Shown here one piece after another: positions 41,738 to 52,221 of a stretch of DNA of 64,000 nucleotides; within the stretch, counting starts at the first letter, position 1, and every line of letters starts with the position of its first letter. The stretch covers positions 15,717 to 79,716 of the forward strand of contig CAWCKW010000010.1 in assembly GCA_963796285.1 (NCBI GenBank). The letters run 5' to 3'. The position numbers and the translations under genes are program-made. A model generated the notes under the pieces. That model made no database searches. It had not been told where the DNA came from and saw only the letters and a program-made list of their open reading frames with translations. The DNA is from Nitrospirota bacterium. Lineage in GTDB: Bacteria; Nitrospirota; UBA9217.

Positions 41738-42864
41738 ATGGCGACTCAAGAAGTCAATCAGCGTATCGTGGTAGCCCTCATCGACGGGCTCGGCATGGAT
41801 TATTTTGAGCGAGGACCAATGCCGGTCCTGCACAAAATGAGCGAAGAAGGGTTCTACCGGCCAGTCAAGGCCGTTGCCCCGACCGTGACGAATGTCAATA
41901 ATGTGTCGGTTTGCTGCGGCGCCTGGCCCGATGAACACGGCATTACGGCAAACTCTTATTTTGATCAGAGTGCCGGAAAAGCACGATATATGAATTCCTC
42001 CGATATGATCAGATGCGACACTATTTTTCAGCGCGCGCAAAAGAGGGGGGTTAAAGGCGCGCTGCTTACCTCCAAGGGAAAGACGGTGGAACTTTTTCAC
42101 AAGGACACACAACTTGCGATCGCGGCCGAAGCCCCGCCTCCGGAATTCACGGAGCGCTTCGGCCCCGCCCCGGAATTTATACAAGCGAAATCAACGAATG
42201 GCTTTGGCGGGTGGCGATCGATTTGCTCAATACGCGGCCTGACATAGGAGTTCTCTACGTGCACACCACCGACTATCCCATGCATCGCTGGGCCCCCGAT
42301 GAAGAAGGGTCAATGAAGCACCTGTCGAGGATGGACGCGCTTATCAGCGAAGCGAGGGCGGCGGCCCCCGACGCCGCATTATTCATCACGGCGGACCACG
42401 GAATGAACGCGAAGAAAAAATGCTGGGACCTTGCGCGGGCATGCGCGGAGCAGGGGGTTTCGCTTAAATTTGCCCTCTCCCCGGAACGGGACTATTATAT
42501 CCAGCATCATAGGAATTTTGCGGGCACGGGATGGGTTTGGGTTGAGCGGCAATCGGACTTGGCGGACGCCCAAGCAATTTGTCGCGGACTTGCGGGTGTT
42601 GTGAGCGTTATCACACGAGAGGAGGCGAGTGCGCAGTTCAGGCTTCCCGGCGAGTATATCGGCGACCTTATGGTTTTTGGCGATCGTCAAACGGTGTTCG
42701 GCGATCTCGAAACCGTGTCCGAGGAGTTGCCCTCAGATTATCGGGCGCACGGCTCGCTCTTTGAGCTCGATGTTCCGTTGATCATTCACGGCTGGAACGG
42801 AGATCTTCCTGCTTACGACTATTTCGAGCGCAACCTTCACCTCACTCGTTTTCTCTTTCGGTGA
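41738..42864 (+). CDS. PhnA-like alkaline phosphatase superfamily enzyme, copy 2, frameshift near 42175-42185
   Basis: IDG, PTVTNVNN, YVHTTDYPMH, ITADHGMN, RAHGS. Two ORFs, 41738-42247 and 42211-42864. Confidence 0.78.
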
Positions 42865-43069
42865 TGAGCCTGCATGATCACACCAAAATCATGACGACAC
42901 CGGATGGGAGATAGTATATGTCCCTCGAATTGAGCGACCTCAGCTGTTTGAAGCAGCACAGCCTGCCTTGAATTCCCTGTGCACTATTTAGAAGCCTTGG
43001 ATAAATGCAGCATTAGAGCTGCAAAATCAAACCATCGAGACTTGTTATCTCTTAGCAAAACCCACCGAA

Positions 43070-43113
43070 ATTAATGCAAAATTCACATCCCCTTCATACT
43101 CCTGTAATGGCCC
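43070..43113 (+). promoter_or_regulatory. Four-unit Pho-box-like array upstream of repeated ORF copy 3
   Basis: attaatgcaaa attcacatccc cttcatactcc tgtaatggccc, TATCAT at 43119. Confidence 0.7.
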
Positions 43114-43224
43114 TCCTGTATCATGGACACAGTAATTAATCAGCGGCCGATTCCGCATCATCTCGGAACATCCAGCTACGGAAACGACGAGAGTGACGTA
43201 ACCAGACAGTTCAAGGAGGAAAAC

Positions 43225-43501
43225 ATGAACCATATCATCATCAAGATTGAAAGCGGAGTTGTTGCCGATGTCTATTTCACGGAACCAATCAACGTGACCA
43301 TCGTTGACCATGACGTCATCGAAGGCGGAGAAACGTTTGAGGCTCGCATGAAAAAAGCGGTCATGTCCATGACCCCCGATCAGCGCGTCAGGCCCGAGGA
43401 AATCGAGCAGGTGGTCAAGAGGCTGGTGCTCGAATGCAGGCGGCCCGCAGACAGGCGACTGCCAGGGCGGATCATGATCAATGTGTGAAGCAGCGGCGTA
43501 A
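43225..43501 (+). CDS. Unknown 91-aa protein, copy 3 of 3 (a 1-bp insertion near 43484 truncates the last 4 aa)
   Basis: aaggagga RBS, MNHIIIKIESGVVADVYFTEP. Reads aatgtgtgaagcagcggcgtaa versus aatgttgaagcagcggcataa in copy 1. Confidence 0.85.
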
Positions 43502-43584
43502 ACAGGCCTCTGTTGATCAGTTGCGGGAAGGACATGCTCCACTGGAAAGAGTATCGCTCCGGAGCAGCCGATGGCCCGGAAAAA

Positions 43585-43628
43585 ATTAACGCAAATTTCA
43601 CACTTCTGTAATACGGTGGTAACACTGT
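43585..43628 (+). promoter_or_regulatory. Four-unit Pho-box-like array upstream of the PHP/lipid operon
   Basis: attaacgcaaa tttcacacttc tgtaatacggt ggtaacactgt, TAGTAT at 43634, ATG at 43647 (probably leaderless). Confidence 0.75.
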
Positions 43629-43646
43629 TCCTGTAGTATTCTGACA

Positions 43647-44340
43647 ATGCTTCTGTGTGACTTTCATATTCACACCACCTTTTCCGACGGTTCGCTGGAG
43701 ATGAGAAAGACAATCGATCTTTTCGGCCAGGCTGGTTTTGATGTTATCGCGATTACCGACCACGTCGTGAACGGCGACAACACGATGGGCAAGTTCGCGC
43801 GCCAGTTCAATCTGTCGATCCGGGGAGACAATTTTGACGAGTATCTCGACACACTCAAGCAGGAGGCCGAGCGGGCATGGGGGAAATACGGTATGCTCGT
43901 GATCCCCGGTGTTGAGATCAGCAAGAATTATATCTCGAAGGATGAGTCGGCCCATCTTCTTCTTCTGGATATCAAAGAATATCATTCCCGCCTGCATGAG
44001 TTACGATGAGATCTTTCTCGAAGCAAAGCGCCAGGATACCCTGACCGTTGCCTGTCACCCTCACCATACCCCGGACATGGTGAACAAAGATACGCTCTAT
44101 CTCTGGAACAACCGCGACAGGTACGCAAAATACATAGATGCCTGGGAGATCGCGAACCGGGACGACGTGTTCAATGTGATCAGCCTGAAAAAATATCCCT
44201 ATATCGCCAACAGTGATTTTCACAAGGCCCGGCATCTGTACTCGTGGAAAACGCTTTTAAACTGTGAAAAGAACGTTGAATCCGTCAAGAACTGCATTCG
44301 ACACAACAAGGGTGTCGCGATCACGCTCTTCAGGAATTGA
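43647..44340 (+). CDS. PHP-domain phosphoesterase, frameshift near 43980
   Basis: CDFHIHTTFSDG, ITDH, PGVEI, CHPH, ANSDFH. Confidence 0.82.
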
Positions 44341-44390
44341 ATGATGACGAACCAATCAGCGAACACGCATCATCATAGAGGAGGAGCCAC

Positions 44391-45632
44391 ATGAACATAT
44401 TTGCCATATGTGCGGCGATCTCAATTGTAGGAATCATCCTTTACCTGCTTCAGGTTGGGGCTACCTATTCACTTTTGAGAAAGAAACCGAAACTGGACGA
44501 CCAGGCAACAACGTACGATGTTAATTGTTCCCCACCGGTCTCGATCCTGAAACCCCTCAAGGGACTTGACGACAATCTTTTCGACAACCTCTCCAGTTTC
44601 TGCCTCCAGGATTATCCCGAACACGAAATTCTTTTTTGCCTCCAGGACTTCAACGATCCGGCCTACAAAGTAGCAAAAAAAGTACAGGACAAGTACCCCG
44701 ACCGGAATATATCCCTGGTCGTGGAAAAGTGCAATGTCGGACTCAATCCGAAAGTCAACAACCTCATACCCGCCTATCGAAAAGCCCGTCATCCTTACAT
44801 ACTCATCAGCGACAGTAATGTCATGGTGGACAGGAACTACCTGAAGGAGATCATGCGGCATACCCAGGACCCCTCGGTCGGGCTCGTAAGCAACCCCATC
44901 CACGGCGTCGGCGGACGCAGTCTCGGCGCCATCTTTGAGAATCTCCATCTTAATTCATTCATCATCGGAAGCGTCAGCTTTCTCGACAGGTTCCTGGGAA
45001 TGCCCTGCGTCATCGGAAAGTCCATGCTTATGAAAAAAGATGATCTGGAGGCGCTGGGAGGCCTGGCAGCATTCAAAGATATCCTGGCCGAGGATTTTAT
45101 TATCGGCAGAGAGATGCAGCGGAGCAATAAAAAGGTCGTCCTTTCGAACTACCTGATCAGCAATGTCAACGAGTACTGGGATGTTAAACGATTTCTGAAT
45201 CGCCATACTCGATGGGGCAAGCTCAGGTGGAAAATCGGCGGGGCAAAATATTTTATCGAACTGCTTGTCAATCCTGTGTTTATTGCCGCGTTGCCCGTTC
45301 TGCTCATGGGGCCGTCGCACAAGACCCTCTCCTTTGCGGCCCTCATAGGACTCATAAAGGTTCTTGGTGATTCCCTGATCGGAAGGATGATCGAATCATC
45401 AACAGCACGTACATATCTTCACAAAAAATCGCCGCTCATCTATTTCCTGGCTCCGATAAAGGATATTTTCATTGGAATACTGTGGTTCGTGCCGCTTTTG
45501 AGTTCAACGGTTGTTTGGCGGGGAAACCGGTATGTGATAGGACAGGACTCCCGGTTATCGCCCTGTCCGGACACGGGTGTATGGTCCTGGGGCTATCGTA
45601 TCACGAACAGCATTCGCGCCCGCATGGCTTGA
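44391..45632 (+). CDS. GT2/GT21 glycosyltransferase (ceramide glucosyltransferase/HpnI-like)
   Basis: VSILKPLKGLD, NPKVNNL, ISDSN, LAEDF, RHTRW, N- and C-terminal TMs. Confidence 0.85.
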   Translation: MNIFAICAAISIVGIILYLLQVGATYSLLRKKPKLDDQATTYDVNCSPPVSILKPLKGLDDNLFDNLSSFCLQDYPEHEILFCLQDFNDPAYKVAKKVQDKYPDRNISLVVEKCNVGLNPKVNNLIPAYRKARHPYILISDSNVMVDRNYLKEIMRHTQDPSVGLVSNPIHGVGGRSLGAIFENLHLNSFIIGSVSFLDRFLGMPCVIGKSMLMKKDDLEALGGLAAFKDILAEDFIIGREMQRSNKKVVLSNYLISNVNEYWDVKRFLNRHTRWGKLRWKIGGAKYFIELLVNPVFIAALPVLLMGPSHKTLSFAALIGLIKVLGDSLIGRMIESSTARTYLHKKSPLIYFLAPIKDIFIGILWFVPLLSSTVVWRGNRYVIGQDSRLSPCPDTGVWSWGYRITNSIRARMA

Positions 45633-45667
45633 CATAAGTATCAAGGAATTGCAGGGAGGGACTCTTT

Positions 45668-47521
45668 ATGATGGATCAAACACAATCAAGCCGGATATTT
45701 GACTTGAACGTCTCTTTCAAGAACCCGCTGCAGAACAAACTATTTTCGATGATGAAGGGACCGATCGAGCATGTTCTCGACTTTCCCCGAATGAACCGGC
45801 TTTACGATGACGTCCACAGGATGCATGACAACCGGCCCTTTTCGGACAAGATCCTGGAAGAACTGGGAGTGACATACGATGTACCGGAAACGGACCTTTC
45901 CCGGATCATGATCCCCAAAGGCCCGGTGATCGTTGTGGCGAATCATCCCTTCGGCGGTATCGAAACCGTCATCCTTGCCTCGATCCTCCGTTCGATGCGT
46001 TGCGATGTCAAGTTCATGGCCAACTATCTTTTGAATGCTATACCGGAAATACGGGACTTGCTGATCCCCGTGAACCCCTTTTCGGGAGCAACCTCGGTCC
46101 GCGACAATATCAGGCCGATCAGAGCATGCATACAGTGGGTGAGGGACGGCGGCATGCTCGTGGTCTTCCCAGCCGGCGCGGTCTCTCACTTTGATGCACG
46201 AACCGGCTCGATCTCCGATCCCGCCTGGAGCCCGAGCATTGCGCGCATTATCCGGAAAACCGGGGCGCCGGCGCTTCCGGTATTCTTTCAGGGCACGAAC
46301 AGCGCGGCCTTTCACATGGCAGGTATGGTGCACCCGCTCTTGCGCACGGCCATGCTGCCCAAGGAGTTTTTCAACAAGGACCGAAAAGAGATCCAGGTGC
46401 GCGTCGGCAACCTGGTGCCTGCTGCGAAGCTGCAGGCCTTTGCACAAGATGACGATATGACTGCGTATCTGCGGCTTCGCACCTATATTCTGGCGCATCG
46501 CGGCGACAAGGCAGCGGTGCCGAGCATTGCGTCCTTTATTCGAAAGGTAAGACACGAGACGAATGGCTCGATCATGCCGCCCCAGAATCCTGAGATCATG
46601 GCCGAAGAAATTTGCCGGCTGCCGTCGAGCCAGACGCTCGTCGAGAGCAACGAGCACGCGGTGATCCAGGCAACGACCGACCAGATACCGCACCTTCTGC
46701 TTGAGATCGGCAGGCTGCGGGAGATGACCTTCCGCGCTGTAGGAGAGGGTACGGGAAAAGCCGTCGACATTGACCGCTTCGATCACTCATATACCCACCT
46801 CTTTATCTGGAATCGTGAAAAGAAAGAAGTCGTCGGCGCCTACCGCCTCGGCAAAACCGACGAGATCATCAGGCAGAAGGGCATGCGCGGCCTTTACACG
46901 AGCACGCTATTTATCTATAAACCGGGGTTTTTTGAACATCTGGGGCCTGCCCTGGAAATGGGGCGCTCGTTCATCCGGCCTGAATACCAAAAGTCTTTCA
47001 CTCCGCTCCTGCTCCTCTGGAAAGGTATCGGCAGATTCGTTGTCGAAAACCCGCGGTATAAAACCCTTTTTGGCCCCGTAAGCATCAGTGACGAGTACCA
47101 GGCGCTGTCAAGACAATTCCTGGTCAGTTACCTGAAAATGACCAGATACCGCGGCGATATGGCCGGCTTCGTGAAGCCACGAAAACCGCTCCATACGAAG
47201 CCGTTGAAAGGCTGGGACATCGAGGCCGCGGTCCGTCTTCTGAAGGATGACGTGGAGAACATATCGGAACTGATATCCTGCGTGGAATCAGACCGCAAGG
47301 GGGTCCCCATCCTGCTGAAGCAATATCTCAAACTGGGAGGCGAGATCGCGGGTTTCAACGTGGATCCCGCCTTCGGAAATGTCATTGATGGCCTGATCAT
47401 CGTCGACCTGACGAAAACCGAACCGCGAATGCTGGAACGGTACCAGGGCAGGGAAGGCGCTCGCATGTTCCTTGCCCACCATGAAGCGCTGAACCGGGAC
47501 CGTCTTGTCGCCTGCGCGTAA
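45668..47521 (+). CDS. PlsC-like acyltransferase fused to a GNAT N-acyltransferase (OlsF-like ornithine lipid synthase)
   Basis: N-domain VANHPFGG and FPAG. C-domain GRLREMTFRAVGEGTG, VGAYRLG, EMGRSF, PILLKQYL. Confidence 0.78.
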   Translation: MMDQTQSSRIFDLNVSFKNPLQNKLFSMMKGPIEHVLDFPRMNRLYDDVHRMHDNRPFSDKILEELGVTYDVPETDLSRIMIPKGPVIVVANHPFGGIETVILASILRSMRCDVKFMANYLLNAIPEIRDLLIPVNPFSGATSVRDNIRPIRACIQWVRDGGMLVVFPAGAVSHFDARTGSISDPAWSPSIARIIRKTGAPALPVFFQGTNSAAFHMAGMVHPLLRTAMLPKEFFNKDRKEIQVRVGNLVPAAKLQAFAQDDDMTAYLRLRTYILAHRGDKAAVPSIASFIRKVRHETNGSIMPPQNPEIMAEEICRLPSSQTLVESNEHAVIQATTDQIPHLLLEIGRLREMTFRAVGEGTGKAVDIDRFDHSYTHLFIWNREKKEVVGAYRLGKTDEIIRQKGMRGLYTSTLFIYKPGFFEHLGPALEMGRSFIRPEYQKSFTPLLLLWKGIGRFVVENPRYKTLFGPVSISDEYQALSRQFLVSYLKMTRYRGDMAGFVKPRKPLHTKPLKGWDIEAAVRLLKDDVENISELISCVESDRKGVPILLKQYLKLGGEIAGFNVDPAFGNVIDGLIIVDLTKTEPRMLERYQGREGARMFLAHHEALNRDRLVACA

Positions 47522-48593
47522 CGTGACATTGAACACCGGTGGGGCTGTCGTGGAACCGGCGCAGTCATGCAAGGCGTCATGGATTGATCCGCTCTTCAGA
47601 AAATCGTTCTTTCTTATACCGCTTGGGGTCATTGGAAATGTGGTCTTTGTCCTGATCGCGAATGACGGGTCCCTGTTCCGCTCTGAGGTCCATTTCGCGC
47701 CGGGATATATCATCATTGCCATGCTCCTGAGCATTACGCCCTGGTTCACCGGTTCGCTTCGTCTGCTGCTCTGGAGCAGGTTCCTTGGAAACAGACTTCG
47801 CTATGGTGAGGTGTTCAGGATCGCGCTCGGCGCGGAGCTCGGTGCGGCGATAAGCCCGCCCCTGATCGGAGGAACCGCGGTCAAGACCGCCATGCTCATG
47901 CGGAAGGGCTTCGCCGGAGGCACAGCGCTGTCCCTTACTGCGCTCGAAAGCATGGAGGACGGACTGTTCTTCCTCATCATGGTGCCGCTGGCCCTCACGC
48001 TTTCCTCTTCCTGGGACCTTCCTGTGATACAGGGTCTGCTATCCGGCATCCGTCATGCCTCGTTCCGGCTGTTTCTGGCAGGGAGCGGGCTTGCCTGCAG
48101 TGCTGTCCTGGTGCTGACGCAAACGCGCTGTAGAACTATAGTAATGCGGTTCCGGCCAGCTTCCCGCCTCTCATCCATACTGGGGGCGGCATATCATAAT
48201 TTTATAGGGACGTGGAGCACCATCATTTCCGATGGAAAATCGGTCTTCGCTCTGACCTTCGCGTTGACCGCTGTGCAGTGGATCTGCCGGTACTCCATAA
48301 TTTCCCTGCTGCTCTTGAGTCTCGGGCTCCCGGCGCGACCTGTTCTCTACATGGCGCTGCAGGTACTTGTGTTCGCGCTCATGTCGTTCATACCGACTCC
48401 GGGAGGGGTCGGCGGCGCGGAAGCGGTATTCTATCTTTTTTACCGGCCCTTTCTCGCCGCGGACTCGATCGTCGTGGTGACCATGGGATGGCGCTTTCTG
48501 ACGTTTTACTTTCTCCTGCTCCTTGCCGCGGTCTTTTTTCTCATTATGAAGGGGACGAAGCAGGAATCATTGCCAGTCAATTCAGAGAACTGA
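47505..48593 (+). CDS. Lysylphosphatidylglycerol-synthase TM / flippase-like membrane protein (UPF0104)
   Basis: Multi-TM, ISPPLIGG, PTPGGVGGAE, WRFLTFY. Confidence 0.78.
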   Translation: MSPARNVTLNTGGAVVEPAQSCKASWIDPLFRKSFFLIPLGVIGNVVFVLIANDGSLFRSEVHFAPGYIIIAMLLSITPWFTGSLRLLLWSRFLGNRLRYGEVFRIALGAELGAAISPPLIGGTAVKTAMLMRKGFAGGTALSLTALESMEDGLFFLIMVPLALTLSSSWDLPVIQGLLSGIRHASFRLFLAGSGLACSAVLVLTQTRCRTIVMRFRPASRLSSILGAAYHNFIGTWSTIISDGKSVFALTFALTAVQWICRYSIISLLLLSLGLPARPVLYMALQVLVFALMSFIPTPGGVGGAEAVFYLFYRPFLAADSIVVVTMGWRFLTFYFLLLLAAVFFLIMKGTKQESLPVNSEN

Positions 48594-48717
48594 TCAATGC
48601 CGAGAAAGACGGCAATGCAACGTCTTGTTGATCTCGAGGAAAAAGCGCAGCACACAAAACGTGAAATTTTATCGGAATGACGTTAAAGTCGTGCAGTCAT
48701 TTACCAAGGAGATGATC

Positions 48718-49524
48718 ATGAAAACAGTTCAAGATGAAATCGCCATCGTTACTATGCCAATGCCGTACATGCCTGCCATTGCGCATTCCACGGGAAGGCC
48801 CGCACCTGCGGCAATGCATGATGATGCGCATGACCCAGGCATACAATCGTCTGTCATCTCCCAGGCAACCCGGGAAGCAGGGTCGACGCTGTATGAACTT
48901 CTCAGCAGGGCGGAGCTGATGCGCGTGGCATACGAAAAAGGGGAGCTGGCAAATTTCCAAAGCCTGCTCTCGCTCCTCAGGAAGGAGGCCGCGGACCTTT
49001 CCTCATCCATCTCCTCTATTGTCGAACTGACGAAACACGAAAAAGGTCCAACGGAAACGAAGTGTGAGCGCTTCGATATTGTTGCGCTGCTCCATGACGT
49101 GTCAAAAGCTGCGCGAACGATCATCGAGGACAAGCCGGTTACCGTCATGGACGTCTCCTGCCCCAGTCCCGTCGTCATTTACTCGGACCCGTCAATGATC
49201 AGGCAGATCATGATGAGTCTTGTGAACAATGCGGCAAAGTTCACCAATCGCGGAAGGATAGCGCTGATCCTCGGCAGGGACAACGATGAGATCAGACTGA
49301 CCGTTGCCGATACCGGCAGAGGTATGACGCAGGAACAGATCGCCAGCGTGCAGGGATCCTCCGATCAGTGGCTCGTTGTCGAAAAGAACGGTCTTGCAAC
49401 AACCGGCCTGGGGCTCAGGCTCGTCAAAGCCCTGGTGAAGCAGTTGCATGGCAGGCTTTCCATAGCAAGTAAAGCAGGCGAGGGGACTATCGTCGCAGTG
49501 TCTTTGCCGTTTTTTGACCACTGA
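48718..49524 (+). CDS. HATPase_c domain protein lacking a recognisable H-box
   Basis: LVNNAAKF, DTGRGM, GLGL. No His in the dimerisation helix. Confidence 0.7.
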   Translation: MKTVQDEIAIVTMPMPYMPAIAHSTGRPAPAAMHDDAHDPGIQSSVISQATREAGSTLYELLSRAELMRVAYEKGELANFQSLLSLLRKEAADLSSSISSIVELTKHEKGPTETKCERFDIVALLHDVSKAARTIIEDKPVTVMDVSCPSPVVIYSDPSMIRQIMMSLVNNAAKFTNRGRIALILGRDNDEIRLTVADTGRGMTQEQIASVQGSSDQWLVVEKNGLATTGLGLRLVKALVKQLHGRLSIASKAGEGTIVAVSLPFFDH

Positions 49525-49614
49525 AACGTGTTCGGTGACGGACCTTAACTCATTACTTTCCCGGACGGCCCATGGACACAGTCATGGATCCTACCTCCTG
49601 TACGTATATCCGAT

Positions 49615-49658
49615 TGTAACAAATATTTAACGCAGGCGTCATACTCCTGTAACAAAAG
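49615..49658 (+). promoter_or_regulatory. Four-unit Pho-box-like array
   Basis: tgtaacaaata tttaacgcagg cgtcatactcc tgtaacaaaag, TATAGT at 49664. Confidence 0.75.
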
Positions 49659-49716
49659 CCGGGTATAGTGCGAAATGCGAACTACGATTTCATACAAAGA
49701 TCGGGACACCAATGAA

Positions 49717-50892
49717 ATGAAGAAACAAATCCTTATTGTAGAAGATGAACCTGACTGTGCCGAACTGCTCAGCTATCACCTCCAAAAAGACAATTATCAA
49801 ACAGTGATAGCTCGCAATGGGAAGGAGGCCATAGACGCGGTACAGCGCCAGGCACCGGATGCAATCCTGCTGGATATCATGATGCCCGAGTTGAATGGCT
49901 GGGAAGTATGCCGTATTTTGCGCGAGAGCACAAAAGGAAAATCGCTGCCGATCATCATGCTTACTGCGCTGTCCGAAGATGAGGAGCGCGTCAAAGGCCT
50001 CAGCCTTGGCGCCGATGATTACCTTTCTAAGCCATATTCCGTGAAAGAACTGCTGTTGAAGTTGAAAAAACACATTGATCGACAAGATACGATAAAACAT
50101 CTCAAGGCCCGCGAGCAGCAGCAGGACACGACCCTGCGCTACATAGTACATGAATTAAAAGGTTCTCTGCACGTCATCGGCGGATTTTCATCACACGCTC
50201 TCAGAAAGGACGAATCGAATAAATATTTCAAGACCATTAATACTGCCGCCTCCCAGGCGGAAAGAGTGCTTCATGAAGCTCCTCTCCTCTCCCTGCTTGC
50301 AACAAGGGGAGAGAACCTTTCCATCAAGCAGGTAGATATCGGTCCACTGACCAGTGAGGCGGACGATTGTTTCCATGATGCGGTAAAAAAGAAGGTGGCG
50401 CACCAGCAAGTTAGCGCAGTATCACTCATTTCTGATATTGCGGAGACGACCCGCGTCCTTATCGGGGGAAAGCCGGTATCCGTGGAGGTCACGACGCCCT
50501 TTATGGACGTGATGATAAGCACGGACAACGTCAAGCTCAGGCAGATACTCACAAACCTTGTGAGCAATGCAGTGAAGTTTACCGAACAGGGTAAAATCAC
50601 AATCACCCTTTCCGTCATCGGTAGCTGGATGGAGATCGCGGTCAGCGATACGGGTATCGGGATAAAAGAAGAGGAACTCCATAAAATCTTTACCGCCTAC
50701 GTCCGAATCGAGGACGCCAAAACAAAAAAATACGAAGGAATGGGGCTTGGCCTGACAATCAGCAGGAATTTCGCGGCGCTATTAGGCGGTACCATATCAG
50801 TAACAAGCATCTATGGAAAAGGTACGACATTCGTAGTGTCTCTGCCGATACAAAATAGGGAACGATTGGGCGGGCTTTATAACGTAGAATAA
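49717..50892 (+). CDS. Hybrid receiver-histidine kinase (REC-HisKA-HATPase)
   Basis: ILIVEDE, LDIMMP, KPY, VHELKGSL, NLVSNAVKF, DTGIGI, GMGLGL. Confidence 0.82.
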   Translation: MKKQILIVEDEPDCAELLSYHLQKDNYQTVIARNGKEAIDAVQRQAPDAILLDIMMPELNGWEVCRILRESTKGKSLPIIMLTALSEDEERVKGLSLGADDYLSKPYSVKELLLKLKKHIDRQDTIKHLKAREQQQDTTLRYIVHELKGSLHVIGGFSSHALRKDESNKYFKTINTAASQAERVLHEAPLLSLLATRGENLSIKQVDIGPLTSEADDCFHDAVKKKVAHQQVSAVSLISDIAETTRVLIGGKPVSVEVTTPFMDVMISTDNVKLRQILTNLVSNAVKFTEQGKITITLSVIGSWMEIAVSDTGIGIKEEELHKIFTAYVRIEDAKTKKYEGMGLGLTISRNFAALLGGTISVTSIYGKGTTFVVSLPIQNRERLGGLYNVE

Positions 50893-51000
50893 CAAAAGGT
50901 TCAGCCATCATGCTGCTCAGGATGGAATACCCGGAAATGCATATACGCTGACCATTTTAAGTAACATTACTGTAAAATAAGGAGGTGATATAATAATTAA

Positions 51001-51044
51001 ATTAACAGAAACTTAATCAACCTGTAACAATCATGTAACAATTC
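51001..51044 (+). promoter_or_regulatory. Four-unit Pho-box-like array upstream of pstS
   Basis: attaacagaaa cttaatcaacc tgtaacaatca tgtaacaattc, TATAAC at 51050. Confidence 0.8.
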
Positions 51045-51087
51045 CATGGTATAACGTAGCAACTAAACAACGAAAAGGAGAAAATAG

Positions 51088-52102
51088 ATGAAAAGAATTT
51101 TACTTGTAACATTGGTACTGATCGGGCTTCTATCGTTCAATCTGGCACAGGCAGAGGAAATGCTGAACGGCGCAGGCGCCACATTCCCCTATCCGGTTTA
51201 TTCCGCATGGGCCAATGAGTACAACAAGGTCACGGGAATAAAGCTCAACTACCAGTCCATCGGCTCCGGCGGCGGGATCAAGCAGATCACGGAGCGGACC
51301 GTGGACTTCGGCGCCTCGGACTTGCCGCTCACCCCGGAAGATCTTGCGAAAAACAACCTGCTCCAGTTCCCGGCCGTTATCGGCGGCGGATGTGCTCGTC
51401 GTCAATATCGCGGGCGTGAAAGCAGGAGAAATGAAACTCGATCCGGAAACCGTGAGCAAAATCTACCTGGGAGAAATCAAAAAATGGAACGATCCGAAGA
51501 TCAAGGCGTTGAATCCCAAGCTTAACCTCCCTGACAGTGAGATCACCGTGGTCCATCGCTCCGACGGCTCAGGCACGACGGCCATCTTTACGGATTATCT
51601 CTGCAAGTGTATGCGCTGACGTGGAAAGAGAAGGTCGGCACGGGCACTTCCGTAAGCTGGCCGGTCGGCATCGGCGGAAAAGGGAACGAGGGTGTGGCCA
51701 ACTACGTGCAGCAGCAGCAGAATTCGATCGGGTATGTGGAATTCGCCTATGCAAAGCAGAACAACATGGCGTATACGCTCCTCAAGAACGGCGCAGGCGT
51801 CTTCGTCGAACCGAGCTTCGAGACTTTTGAGGACGCCGCCGCAACGGGCAACTTCGATCCGAAGAAGGATTTCTACTCATGGCTCAACAACGCCCCGGGC
51901 AAGAAGGCATGGCCCATCGCAGGCGCTACGTTCATTCTGCTCGCTAAGGAGAAAAAGGAATCGAACATAAAGGTGGTCAAGTTCTATGACTGGGCGTTCA
52001 AGAACGGAGACGGCAAAGGCGAAGGAACTTATTTATGTGCCTCTTCCGAAATCGCTGCAAAATAAGATCAGGGCATACTGGAAGGCGAACGGTATTCAAT
52101 AA
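51088..52102 (+). CDS. pstS: Phosphate ABC transporter substrate-binding protein, several frameshifts
   Basis: [47 protein letters not shown] spread over successive frames, ending ...YWKANGIQ*. Confidence 0.9.
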
Positions 52103-52138
52103 ACTTCAGTCCGATAGATAAGAAATACATTGAAATAT

Positions 52139-52175
52139 GCGGGTCAGGTATCTATACTAATGATGCCTGACCCGC
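52139..52175 (+). other. Stem-loop between pstS and pstC
   Basis: gcgggtcaggtatc pairs with gatgcctgacccgc. Confidence 0.6.
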
Positions 52176-52221
52176 TTACGTTTTGTTGGGAATCGTTCGA
52201 TAATGCAGAAAGGTCAATGCA

